DNA of 32,000 nucleotides from contig NC_006624.1 of assembly GCF_000009965.1 (NCBI RefSeq), positions 30,001-62,000 on the forward strand, written 5' to 3'. Shown here piece after piece: positions 21,484 through 31,800 of the stretch (position 1 is its first letter; the number at the start of each line of letters is the position of its first letter). The translations under genes were made by a program, and so were the position numbers. The DNA comes from Thermococcus kodakarensis KOD1 (lineage in GTDB: Archaea > Methanobacteriota_B > Thermococci > Thermococcales > Thermococcaceae). The notes below the pieces were generated by a model. That model saw only the letters and a list, made by a program, of their open reading frames with translations, ran no database searches and had not been told where the DNA came from.

Positions 21484-22062
21484 TCACTCCTTGAGCCTCT
21501 GATAGGCCGCCCACATTCTCTGGAAGACCGTTATCCACGCGAGCACGCCGACGATGTAAACACCCCACTTCACGTACTCTGCCCCAGCAAGGGAGAACGC
21601 CATCAGGATCAATAACCTCTCAGCCCTCTCGGCTATTCCAACTGCGAGCGTTCCTGAGCCTGCAAGCTCTGCCCTACAGCGCTCGTAGCTGACGAGGTAT
21701 GCACCCATAAAGGTCAGGAAAGTCAAGCGCCAGTCCGCGAGGTTGCCGAGGGCTATTCCAAAGAGGACTGCACCATCGCTTATCCTGTCAAAGGTAGAAT
21801 CCAGGAACGCTCCAAAGCGGCTCGTTTTTCCAGTCATTCTTGCCAGCGTTCCGTCGAGGGCATCTATGGCAGAGCCTATGAGGAGGATCACTGCGGCGAG
21901 CCTTGGGCGCTGGAGGTAGAAGAGATACGCTCCAAGCAGGCTTATCAGGAGGCCTATGAACGTTATCGTGTTCGGTGTGACACCGGCTTTTGCTAGAGGT
22001 TTTACGATGGCCTCAAGGTAACCTTTGACGTTCTCCCTGTACCTGTTGAGCATCTCTGCCAC
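21484..22062 (-). CDS. CDP-alcohol phosphatidyltransferase family protein (archaetidylinositol-phosphate synthase-like)
   Basis: The signature D-x2-D-G-x2-A-R-x8-G-x3-D-x3-D is present as DALDGTLARMTGKTSRFGAFLDSTFDRISD. Length 192 aa, multi-TM. Confidence 0.85.
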   Translation of the reverse strand: MAEMLNRYRENVKGYLEAIVKPLAKAGVTPNTITFIGLLISLLGAYLFYLQRPRLAAVILLIGSAIDALDGTLARMTGKTSRFGAFLDSTFDRISDGAVLFGIALGNLADWRLTFLTFMGAYLVSYERCRAELAGSGTLAVGIAERAERLLILMAFSLAGAEYVKWGVYIVGVLAWITVFQRMWAAYQRLKE

Positions 22063-22063
22063 C

Positions 22064-22597
22064 TCATTCGAGCTGAAGGACCTTCTTACCTCGCTCCTGG
22101 GGGACTATCTTGAGCTTCGCATTATGGAATTCCTTCCTAAGGCCGGCACCGTCGAGCAACCTGTCTAGAAAGACAGCCAGAGCTGCAACCTCGCTGTGGG
22201 GCTGGTTGCCGACGGCCACGTTGTAGTCCGCCATCTCATAGACCTCTCTCGGCACCTTTTCTGCACCGACGACGATAAGGAGGTCTTTTCCAGATTTCAG
22301 CTCATCCTTTATGCGGGGAATTGCGTCATCAATGTGTATTCCGTACATAGTGAGGTGAACTATGATTCCCCTATCTTTCCACTCTCTCAGGATTTTCTTC
22401 CAGCTGGGGTTGAATTCAATTTCAAAAGGACCGCCCCAGCGGTTCACAACGTCTTCCACGCTCTCTTTGACATGCTCGTCCTCTTCTGCGGCTATTATTA
22501 TTTTATCGGCTCCAAAGGCCCTTGCCGTCAGTGCTACGTGTGTCGTTATCCTCTTGTCCCTCTCAGGCCGGTGTCCAAGTCTGAGGACTGCGATCAT
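22064..22597 (-). CDS. trm56: tRNA (cytidine56-2'-O)-methyltransferase aTrm56 (SPOUT)
   Basis: [36 protein letters not shown]...[41 protein letters not shown] closely matches my recollection of Pyrococcus aTrm56 (PAB1040/PH0461). ATG at 22597 lies behind GGTGAGG. Confidence 0.85.
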   Translation of the reverse strand: MIAVLRLGHRPERDKRITTHVALTARAFGADKIIIAAEEDEHVKESVEDVVNRWGGPFEIEFNPSWKKILREWKDRGIIVHLTMYGIHIDDAIPRIKDELKSGKDLLIVVGAEKVPREVYEMADYNVAVGNQPHSEVAALAVFLDRLLDGAGLRKEFHNAKLKIVPQERGKKVLQLE

Positions 22598-22602
22598 CTT
22601 CC

Positions 22603-25021
<2,419 letters not shown>

Positions 25022-25026
25022 AAATA

Positions 25027-25066
25027 TTGAACGAAAGGTTCAAAAATCTTGAACGGGAGTGTTCAC
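25027..25066. promoter_or_regulatory. Tandem inverted-repeat operator over the MNT/HEPN promoter
   Basis: TTGAAC-N5-GTTCAA (25027-25043), then TTGAAC-N6-GTTCAC (25049-25066), with a 22-bp register. It overlaps TATA TTTAAAAATATT (25017-25028) and the start codons at 25059/25068. Confidence 0.5.
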
Positions 25067-25607
25067 CATGATCCACAGGATCGCATCAACGGAAAAGAGG
25101 GAAAGGATTCTTGAATACATACTGGAGAAAGAGGAGTTTGGGGTTGAGGAGGTAAGTGGTGCACTGGGAATCAGCAAGGGGCTGGTTTCGCTTTACCTCA
25201 AAGAACTCCTTGGGCTTGGGCTGCTGGAGAAAAAGGGGAGGAAGTTCTTCTTAAAGTCTGGGGCAGAGCTCAGGGAAACGAAGAGGTTCCTCAACTTCTG
25301 GATGCTCAGGGATAAAATTCTTCCACTAAGAGAAGAGTGGATGCTCGCCCTCGGTGTTTACGGTAGCTTCGCTCGCGGTGAAAACGGGCCCGAGAGTGAC
25401 CTCGACATATGGGTTTTAGTTGAAAAAAACGACCCGCTCAGGATTATGGAATTCAAAGAGGAGCTTGAAACTGTTACTGAGAGGGAAATCGATCTTCTCG
25501 TGCTTACGAGGGAAAAACTGGCCCGTTTGAAGGAAGAAAACCCGTACCTATATTGGGGTATCAAACTTTCCTCCCTTGTCCTGTGGGGTGAACTCGGTGA
25601 GGTTTGA
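25059..25607 (+). CDS. wHTH-fused minimal nucleotidyltransferase (MNT) antitoxin-type protein
   Basis: The N-terminal wHTH is ILEYILEKEEFGVEEVSGALGISKGLVSLYLKELLGLGLLEKKG. The NTase motif is GVYGSFARGENGPESDLDIWVLV (GSxxRGx5-7SDxD). The start is GTG 25059 or ATG 25068. Confidence 0.8.
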   Translation: MFTMIHRIASTEKRERILEYILEKEEFGVEEVSGALGISKGLVSLYLKELLGLGLLEKKGRKFFLKSGAELRETKRFLNFWMLRDKILPLREEWMLALGVYGSFARGENGPESDLDIWVLVEKNDPLRIMEFKEELETVTEREIDLLVLTREKLARLKEENPYLYWGIKLSSLVLWGELGEV

Positions 25608-26019
25608 GGAGTGCGTAGAGAAGGGCTATCTGAGGCGAATGGAGCCCCAGCGAGAACTAGCTCGCCTTAGCATTCGCAAGGCACGTTCCTTCTTGGAGTC
25701 ATCCCGAAAGAACCTTGAGATGGGGATATACGACGGTGCACTCGTAATGGCTTACCTTGCAATGTTTCATGCTGCGAGGGCTTTGCTTTTCAAAGATGGA
25801 TGGCGGGAGAAGAGTCACGCTTGCATTTCAGCTTATCTCAGGGAATTCTACGTAAAACCTGGCCTTCTCGACGTTAAGTGGGTGAGGTATCTGGACTACG
25901 TCAGAAACCTGAGACATCAAACCCAGTACGACGTGGGTTTCTCTCCAGACCCTGAGGAAATCACGGACATCCTTCCGAAGATTGAGGAGTTTATAGGAGT
26001 TGTTGAAAAGCTGGTATGA
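25597..26019 (+). CDS. HEPN domain protein (toxin-type partner of the MNT)
   Basis: The helical N-terminus is ARLSIRKARSFLESSRKNLEMGIYDGALVMAYLAMFHAARALL, and the conserved motif is YVRNLRHQTQYD. It overlaps the MNT gene end. The likely GTG start at 25597 (or 25588) is behind GGTGA. Confidence 0.8.
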   Translation: MRFEECVEKGYLRRMEPQRELARLSIRKARSFLESSRKNLEMGIYDGALVMAYLAMFHAARALLFKDGWREKSHACISAYLREFYVKPGLLDVKWVRYLDYVRNLRHQTQYDVGFSPDPEEITDILPKIEEFIGVVEKLV

Positions 26020-26063
26020 GAAAACGTTATCAGTCCTGAGGAAGACATGGGAGTGGTGGGAAG

Positions 26064-26264
26064 ATGGGAGAGGTGAACGTTAGGGTAGTAGTCCCTGATG
26101 GGATGGAAGAAATTTTCAAAAAGGAACTTTCGGTGCTCCTGGAGGCTCTTTGGAAGGCCAAGAAAAAGCCGAGAGTGAAAGTTAAGGACATATTTGGAAT
26201 GATGCCCTCAGAAAAATCGGCAAAAGAGCTGAGGATGGAGTTCTATGAAGAGGTATTTGGTTGA
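26064..26264 (+). CDS. vapB: VapB-type antitoxin candidate, 66 aa
   Basis: Small charged ORF overlapping the PIN gene start by 20 nt, the classic TA arrangement. No family motif was recognised by eye. Confidence 0.6.
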   Translation: MGEVNVRVVVPDGMEEIFKKELSVLLEALWKAKKKPRVKVKDIFGMMPSEKSAKELRMEFYEEVFG

Positions 26265-26709
26265 TTCTTCGGTCATTCTGGAGGCCCTCAGAGGAAATCC
26301 CCAGGCGAAGGAACTGCTTGAGTCCTTAGAAGATAATCCAAAGTTCATAAATCCCATAATCTTCAGCGAGGTTCTCTTTGTGTTCATTAAACAGGTAACC
26401 GGGAAGAGTTACTTGACACTCAGAAACAGCGTTAGGGAAATAAATGCATACGGAGATAAAATCGAAAAGCTCTACCTCTTCTTAAGGGACAACTTTGTAG
26501 AACTGCCGATTACCGAAGAAATCAGCGATATGGCCTTTGGTTTTCTAAAGAAATACGGCCTCCTGCCGAACGATGCAATTATCCTTGCCACAGCCAAGTT
26601 TTATGAGCTTTCACTAGTCACTATGGACTCGGATTTTAAGAAAGCATCAACTGAGGAGGGAGTTGAGTGCGTTTGTGGTTTGGGCAATGGAGGTGATTCA
26701 AATGGTTAA
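26245..26709 (+). CDS. vapC: PIN-domain ribonuclease toxin VapC
   Basis: The acidic quartet context is RYLVDSSVILE (D7), INPIIFSEVLF, LLPNDAIILATA and LVTMDSDF. Confidence 0.85.
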   Translation: MKRYLVDSSVILEALRGNPQAKELLESLEDNPKFINPIIFSEVLFVFIKQVTGKSYLTLRNSVREINAYGDKIEKLYLFLRDNFVELPITEEISDMAFGFLKKYGLLPNDAIILATAKFYELSLVTMDSDFKKASTEEGVECVCGLGNGGDSNG

Positions 26710-27268
26710 GCGAGGCCTCTTCGTCGGCCGCTTCCAGCCCGTCCACAACGGCCACATAAAGGCTCTTGAATTCGTTTTTTCGCAGGTCGATGAGGTAATC
26801 ATTGGCATCGGTAGCGCTCAGGCCAGCCATACCTTGAAGAACCCGTTCACAACGAGCGAGAGAATGGAGATGCTGATAAGGGCGCTTGAGGAGGCGGAGC
26901 TAACTGAAAAGAGATACTACCTAATCCCGCTCCCTGACATAAACTTCAACGCCATATGGGCGACCTACGTTGTGAGCATGGTTCCGCGCTTTGACGTGGT
27001 CTTCACTGGTAACTCCCTCGTTGCCCAGCTATTCAGAGAGAAGGGCTACGAGGTCATCGTCCAGCCGATGTTCAGGAAGGACATTCTCTCTGCTACTGAG
27101 ATAAGGAGGCGCATGGTCGAGGGTGAGCCCTGGGAAGAGCTCGTTCCCAGGAGCGTTGCAGAGTTCATTAGGGAGATCAAGGGCGTTGAGAGGATAAAGA
27201 TGCTTGCAACGAACCTGGAAAGCTCGGAGAAGGAGCTTCAGGCGCCGATAAGGATTCCAGAATTTTAA
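26702..27268 (+). CDS. nadM: Nicotinamide-nucleotide adenylyltransferase (archaeal NMNAT)
   Basis: ATG at 26702 follows GGAGGTGAT. MVKRGLFVGRFQPVHNGHIKALE contains the (H/T)xGH nucleotidyltransferase motif, and ISATEIRRRM is the ISSTxxR-like motif. The start overlaps the vapC end by 8 nt. Confidence 0.9.
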   Translation: MVKRGLFVGRFQPVHNGHIKALEFVFSQVDEVIIGIGSAQASHTLKNPFTTSERMEMLIRALEEAELTEKRYYLIPLPDINFNAIWATYVVSMVPRFDVVFTGNSLVAQLFREKGYEVIVQPMFRKDILSATEIRRRMVEGEPWEELVPRSVAEFIREIKGVERIKMLATNLESSEKELQAPIRIPEF

Positions 27269-27603
27269 AGTTGCTCGGGCGTCTCTTCTTTTTCTTCCTG
27301 ATAAACCTTCCCGATGTAGCCCATTACGTCGTGAATTATGAAAAAGCTCATAGCGGCGTCCACCGCGTACAACAGCGCTCCTGATATCAGGTAGAAAAGC
27401 GCCATCAGGAACTCAAGGCCAGCAAAGACGAGTGCAATTTTAACAGCGGTTCTGTTTCCTTTACCTGTCCCGTATGCCAGTGCCAGAGCAAACAGTGAGA
27501 ACGCCAGATAAACCTCGGAGCCCGTTCGATAGTAATACGCCATAAACATTAGCCCGTAGATGGTCAGGAGGAGCGTTGAGATCATAAGGGGTTTAAGCCT
27601 CAT
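27265..27603 (-). CDS. Small integral membrane protein (3-4 TM), 112 aa, acidic C-terminal tail
   Basis: Hydrophobic segments are ISTLLLTIYGLMFMAYYY, VYLAFSLFALALAY, IALVFAGLEFLMALFYLISGALLYAV and AAMSFFII. The ATG overlaps the cas4-like stop (ATGA 27600-27603). Confidence 0.6.
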   Translation of the reverse strand: MRLKPLMISTLLLTIYGLMFMAYYYRTGSEVYLAFSLFALALAYGTGKGNRTAVKIALVFAGLEFLMALFYLISGALLYAVDAAMSFFIIHDVMGYIGKVYQEEKEETPEQL

Positions 27604-28247
27604 TCCGAGTCCTCCCAGTCCCTATCCGGATAGCAGATGTGCCTGTAGGGGCAGAACCTGCAGGCATAGCTCTTCCAGCCCTCGGGAAGACGGTCGTTTT
27701 CGTAGGCTTTCTTAACCTTGTAGAAGTGGCGAAGTGTTTCCTTGAACAGGGATTTGTCGTAGGGCACCTCAAAAACCCTGAAGTTGGGGCCCTTTATCAC
27801 GGGGAAAGACGAGATGTCCAGCTTGTTGATGATTTTCATCGGTTCTTCGTGTAGCTTTATGTAATAGAGGTAGCCGTATTCAGCCTCCGCCCATCGAAGA
27901 TAGACGTTGAGCTGGGCAAGGTGGTAGTCGTAGGGCACCTTTGGCAGGCTGGTCTTTCCCTTAATCTCGATTGGAAAGTCTTTAAATGCATCTATCCGCC
28001 CGTGTATCTCGAATCCGAGCTTGCTGGAGCGCAGGACAAGGTGCTTTTCGAGTTCAACGCCAAAGCGCTCCTGAAGTATCTGTCCGAGTATCTGGTGGGT
28101 GTTGATGCCCTGGTTGAGCCTGACCCTCACGAACTCCGGCCACTTTTGAGGATATCCCTTGAGCCTGAAGTAAATCCTCCTCGGGCAGGTTAGGGCCTCG
28201 CTGGCGTAGAACTCGATGAGGCCGTCGCCCTCTTCGTTGCCGTTCAT
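27600..28247 (-). CDS. cas4: Cas4-family PD-(D/E)xK nuclease with 4-Cys Fe-S motif (stand-alone)
   Basis: The N-terminal Cys is in SEALTCPRRIYF. The nuclease core is HGRIDAF...PIEIKGK (D...ExK) followed by QLNVYL. The C-terminal motif is CRFCPYRHIC (CxxCx5C). ATG at 28247 follows GGAGGTGAAGCG. Confidence 0.8.
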   Translation of the reverse strand: MNGNEEGDGLIEFYASEALTCPRRIYFRLKGYPQKWPEFVRVRLNQGINTHQILGQILQERFGVELEKHLVLRSSKLGFEIHGRIDAFKDFPIEIKGKTSLPKVPYDYHLAQLNVYLRWAEAEYGYLYYIKLHEEPMKIINKLDISSFPVIKGPNFRVFEVPYDKSLFKETLRHFYKVKKAYENDRLPEGWKSYACRFCPYRHICYPDRDWEDSE

Positions 28248-28300
28248 CGCTTCACCTCCATAAGCGGGGCGGATCATCGGCCCGCAAACCTCCCCGCCCC

Positions 28301-28357
28301 TGCGTCAGCTAATACCGACGTCATCACAGTTCAGACTGGGCAAGGGTCGTCATCCGC
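28301..28357 (-). ncRNA. C/D box sRNA (2'-O-methylation guide)
   Basis: Minus strand reads GCGG-AUGACGA(C)-CCCUUGCCCAGU(12)-CUGA(D')-ACU-GUGAUGA(C')-CGUCGGUAUUAG(12)-CUGA(D)-CGC. Spacing is canonical 12/3/12 with a short terminal stem. Confidence 0.8.
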
Positions 28358-28380
28358 GAAGAAAAGTTGAGGGAGGGAAG

Positions 28381-28388
28381 AATTTAAA
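28381..28388 (-). promoter_or_regulatory. TATA box for the C/D sRNA (and possibly the cas4 unit)
   Basis: Minus strand CCTTTAAATTC is centred ~28 nt upstream of the sRNA 5' end and immediately after the stop of the 119-aa gene. Confidence 0.5.
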
Positions 28389-28402
28389 GGTTCTGGTTTG
28401 AA

Positions 28403-28762
28403 TCAGAGGACAACTCGTCTTTTCCGCTTTATCGAATAGCTCAGCCCGTAGGCCGGCCAGAGGCTCGGGGGGCTTTCATAGTGGTGCAAATTCCTTAAAA
28501 CCTTCTCGGCGTTCTTCTTATTTCTGGCCTTGACCCTCAGTCTGCCCTCGTCAAGCTCAATATCCGCGTCGGGAAGGTGTACCACGAGCTTCGAGCCCAT
28601 AACTTCGGGTCTGGCCCTCATCAAAAGCCGGCGGTAGTTTTCGTAGGCCTCCCTGCTGAGGGTCTGCTCCAAAACAGCCTCTTCTTTCTTCTTACCCAAA
28701 AGGCCGAAAAACCGACTATTCGGGGGTTCGTCCTCCATACCCTTCATCGACCTCCGGTTCAA
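28403..28762 (-). CDS. Hypothetical small basic protein (114-119 aa)
   Basis: The ORF has coding-like composition. GGAGGT lies upstream of ATG 28747/28738 (the TTG at 28762 is less likely). The basic tail is SIKRKRRVVL. No motif was recognised. Confidence 0.45.
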   Translation of the reverse strand: MNRRSMKGMEDEPPNSRFFGLLGKKKEEAVLEQTLSREAYENYRRLLMRARPEVMGSKLVVHLPDADIELDEGRLRVKARNKKNAEKVLRNLHHYESPPSLWPAYGLSYSIKRKRRVVL

Positions 28763-28867
28763 ACGTTGTCTATTTTTATCTCTCGCCGTTTCATCTTTTA
28801 AGCCTTTCTCATCGTTTTTTGACGAAACGACGGAACCCTTTTAAAGCTCATCCCCGTGTTTACTCCG

Positions 28868-29704
28868 ATGCGGACGCAGGTAATCAAGCCTCGAATACGG
28901 GAAATACTCTCAAAGGAGCTTCCTCCTGAGCTTGTATCTCTCCTCCCCAAGCACTGGGTTCAGATAGGGGACGTTTTAATTCTCCCGCTAAGACCCGAGC
29001 TTGAGCCTTACAAAAGGAGGATAGCCGAAGTTTATGCTCAAGTTATCGGCGCAAAGGCAGTATTGAGAAAAGGCCACATCCACGGCGAAACAAGGAAGCC
29101 CGACTACGAGCTCTTGTATGGGAACGACACTATTACGGTTCACGTTGAAAACGGCGTTAAGTACAAGCTGGACGTTGCTAGGATAATGTTTTCACCCGCC
29201 AACGTAAAGGAGCGCGTTAGGATGGCAGAGGTAGCCAAGCCTGGCGAGCTTGTAGTTGATATGTTCGCCGGAATCGGTCATCTCAGTCTTCCGATGACCG
29301 TCCACAAGGGTGCTAGGGTCATTGCAATCGAAAAAGACCCCTACACCTTCCGCTTTTTGGTTGAGAACATCTGGCTCAACGGCGTTCAGGATTTGATGAC
29401 GCCGTACAACATGGACAACCGCGACTTTCCCGCAGAAAACATCGCCGACAGGATTCTCATGGGGTATGTTGTCACTACCCATGAGTTCATCCCAAAAGCC
29501 CTGAGCATAGCGAAAGATGAGGCAATAATCCACTATCACAACACCGTTCCAGAGAGGCTAAGGCCTGAGGAACCCTTCGCAACCTTCAAGAGAATCGCAA
29601 GGGAGCACGGCTACGAGGCTGAGAAGCTGAAGGAGCTGGTGATAAAGCGCTACGCCCCAGGAGTCTGGCACGTTGTTGTCGATATCGGGGTTTACAAGAG
29701 GTAG
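28868..29704 (+). CDS. taw2: tRNA wyosine-derivative biosynthesis aminocarboxypropyltransferase Taw2 (TYW2/Trm5 family; PH0793-like)
   Basis: MRTQVIKPRIREILSKELP..., the SAM motif VVDMFAGIGHLSLP, and NMDNRDF (NPPY-like region). Size is ~278 aa, shorter than Trm5a. TATA TTTTAAAG (~28840) predicts a leaderless mRNA starting at ATG 28868. Confidence 0.7.
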   Translation: MRTQVIKPRIREILSKELPPELVSLLPKHWVQIGDVLILPLRPELEPYKRRIAEVYAQVIGAKAVLRKGHIHGETRKPDYELLYGNDTITVHVENGVKYKLDVARIMFSPANVKERVRMAEVAKPGELVVDMFAGIGHLSLPMTVHKGARVIAIEKDPYTFRFLVENIWLNGVQDLMTPYNMDNRDFPAENIADRILMGYVVTTHEFIPKALSIAKDEAIIHYHNTVPERLRPEEPFATFKRIAREHGYEAEKLKELVIKRYAPGVWHVVVDIGVYKR

Positions 29705-29860
29705 CTACTCCCTTTCTCCCCAGAGAGGCTCCCAGTCGTCGCAGACGAAGTTCATGTGAACGGTTTTCATGTGCTTCCTGCATATCCCGTGGTTCGGCAG
29801 GCAGGAATCTATCGGGCCGAACCAGCGGCAGTTCTTGCAGGCTTTTAGGTTCTGATTCAT
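29705..29860 (-). CDS. Small cysteine-rich protein, 51 aa (putative metal/Fe-S binding), downstream of the AOR-family gene
   Basis: MNQNLKACKNCRWFGPIDSCLPNHGICRKHMKTVHMNFVCDDWEPLWGERE has 5 Cys including CxxC. The ATG is 38 nt after the AOR stop. The longer ORF-track version (to 30079) overlaps the AOR gene and was rejected. Confidence 0.5.
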   Translation of the reverse strand: MNQNLKACKNCRWFGPIDSCLPNHGICRKHMKTVHMNFVCDDWEPLWGERE

Positions 29861-29898
29861 TGGGATCACTGGGGAAGAAGGGGAAATAAAAAGAGGGC

Positions 29899-31800
29899 TC
29901 AAATTCCAGCCCCGATGTCCTCCGCGATGTCCGGGAGGTCGAGGGCGATGAGCTTGGCCTTGGTCGGGATTCCGTCCCTGCTCCAGCCACGGGCCTGGTA
30001 GTACTCGTCGAGCATCCTGTCGAGCTCCCACGGCGGGACGTGCAGGCCCTTGCTGACTCCCTCCGGGATCGGCTCCCACATGATCCTGTACGGGAGCGTG
30101 TCGTCCTTCCTGCTGAAGCCTTCCCTGACGTTGAAGGCCCTGGCTATGTTCATTATCCTCTCGCCGATGACCATCAGCTCTGCCTCGCCGATGTTCATGC
30201 CGGTAACGGCCTCGATGAGCTCAGGGAAGCCCTCGAGGAAGTACATGTGCCTTGAGAACTTGCACGTTCCGGTGGCGTCGTAGATCGCCATGAGGTTCTC
30301 GTGGAAGGCTATCTCGAATCCCTTGTTCTCGCCCTTCGTCCTGTCAACGCCGTCGAACTTCCACCACCTGCCGACGAGCTCGGTTCCGTAGGCTCCGGCT
30401 GTGAGGTGGTCGGCACCGCGGACGCTGACCGCAAAGGCAAGCGCCATTCCCTTTATGCCGCGGACATCGTAAGCTGGCGGCTCCATGCCCTTGACGTGCA
30501 TGGCGAACTTCCAGCTCTCCTTTCCAAGCCTCTCGCTGGCCCTCTTGACACCGTCAGCAAGGAGCTTTCCGAGGTTGCCCTCGCGGTAGGCCATCTTTCT
30601 GAGGGCCTCAACTGCCGCCTCGCCGTTGCCAAAGGTGAGCTCTATGCCATCGGTGTCCTCTTTGGTGAGGAGACCGCGCTCGTAGGCTTCCATGGCCCAT
30701 GCGATTGTGACACCCGCGGAGATTGTATCGAGACCGTACTGGTCGGCGAGGTAGTTGAGATAAGCTACTGTCTCAAAGTCGTCTATTTCCAGCACACCGC
30801 CAAAGGAGTAGAGGGTCTCGTACTCTGGGCCGTCGACCATGAAGGTGCCCCACTTCTTGCTCTCGACCTTCACGTACTGGCTGCACGGCTTGTTACAGAG
30901 CGGGCACGGCCTCCTTCCAGCGCGGTACTTCGGCGCCCAGAAGTAGGGGTCTATGCCGATGTGCTCCCTTCCCTCCTCCTTGGCTTTCTCGTAGGCCTTC
31001 TTGAAGAAGCCCATCTGCCAGTTCCTGACCGGGAAGGTTCCCCTCTCGCGGTTCATCCAGTCGAGGAACTCGCCGCTTCCATACTCCATGTCGGCCTTTG
31101 TAGCAGGGTGGTCCTTGAAGATGAGCGCCCACTTCTTTATCAGCTCGCGGAGCTTCTCTGGGTCGGCTATCGGGACCTTCTTGCTACCCTTGACGAGGAT
31201 TCCCTTGAGCTTCTTGCTTCCAAGGACCGCACCGGGGCCGCCCCTGGCCGCCTGCCTCTCGTCGGTCTCAATTATTGAGATGAGGCTGAGCCTCTCACCG
31301 GCCGGGCCGATGAAAGCGGTTGCGTAGCCTGGGTACTCCTCCTTGGCCTTGCTCCTCGCCTCACCGGTGGTGAGGCCCCAGTAGGCATCGGCGGGAACTA
31401 TCTTAACCTCGTCATCGTTGATAACCAGAAGGACGGGCTCTTCGCTCTGGCCCTCGATTATGAGCATGTCGTAGCCGGCCCTCTTGAGCTGGACGCCGAG
31501 CTCGGCACCGGCCATTGCCCTACCGTAGCCGCCTGTGAGTGGACTCTTGAAGTTAAAAGCGGTCTTTGAGCCGGTTCCTATACCTGTGTCAACGAAGAGA
31601 CCGGGTGTTATTATCATCTTGTTCTCGGGCCCGAGCGGGTCGGCTCCTTTTGGAACCTCCTCGTAGAGAACCCTCGTTCCAAAACCGACGCCGCCGAGGT
31701 ACTTCCTCGGGAACTCCTCGGGAAGGGGCTCGACTTTGACTTCCTTGGTGGTTAGGTTAACTCTCAGAATCTTTCCCCAGTATCCGCCCTTGGCTTCCAT
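29899..31800 (-). CDS. Tungsten-containing aldehyde:ferredoxin oxidoreductase family enzyme (AOR/FOR/WOR-type), 633 aa
   Basis: N-terminal GYWGKILRVNLTTKEVKVEP. The Fe-S ligands are CPLCNKPC (CxxCxxxC) plus DATGTCKF. Also GPEYETLYSFG and LGLDTISAGVTIAWAME. SD GAGGTGAT. The paralog within the family cannot be assigned by eye. Confidence 0.9.
   Translation of the reverse strand: MEAKGGYWGKILRVNLTTKEVKVEPLPEEFPRKYLGGVGFGTRVLYEEVPKGADPLGPENKMIITPGLFVDTGIGTGSKTAFNFKSPLTGGYGRAMAGAELGVQLKRAGYDMLIIEGQSEEPVLLVINDDEVKIVPADAYWGLTTGEARSKAKEEYPGYATAFIGPAGERLSLISIIETDERQAARGGPGAVLGSKKLKGILVKGSKKVPIADPEKLRELIKKWALIFKDHPATKADMEYGSGEFLDWMNRERGTFPVRNWQMGFFKKAYEKAKEEGREHIGIDPYFWAPKYRAGRRPCPLCNKPCSQYVKVESKKWGTFMVDGPEYETLYSFGGVLEIDDFETVAYLNYLADQYGLDTISAGVTIAWAMEAYERGLLTKEDTDGIELTFGNGEAAVEALRKMAYREGNLGKLLADGVKRASERLGKESWKFAMHVKGMEPPAYDVRGIKGMALAFAVSVRGADHLTAGAYGTELVGRWWKFDGVDRTKGENKGFEIAFHENLMAIYDATGTCKFSRHMYFLEGFPELIEAVTGMNIGEAELMVIGERIMNIARAFNVREGFSRKDDTLPYRIMWEPIPEGVSKGLHVPPWELDRMLDEYYQARGWSRDGIPTKAKLIALDLPDIAEDIGAGI

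Noticed and set aside
26013-26040. ATGAGAA ... CTGA half-mer resembling a C/D motif after the HEPN gene
   Set aside because: The C-like box has wrong GA positions, the spacer is 13 nt, there is no second box pair and no terminal stem.
27600-28388. Possible CRISPR-Cas locus because of the cas4-like gene
   Set aside because: No direct-repeat/spacer array and no cas1, cas2 or effector genes occur anywhere in the 32 kb. The gene is treated as a solo Cas4-family nuclease.
29861-30079. Upstream part of the 124-aa minus-strand ORF
   Set aside because: It overlaps the 3' end of the AOR-family gene in another frame and encodes a Pro/Arg/Gly-rich sequence. Only the distal 51 codons after the AOR stop look like a gene.
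30301-31278. 325-aa plus-strand ORF
   Set aside because: It is antisense to the AOR-family gene, whose Fe-S and pterin-binding motifs are unambiguous on the minus strand.
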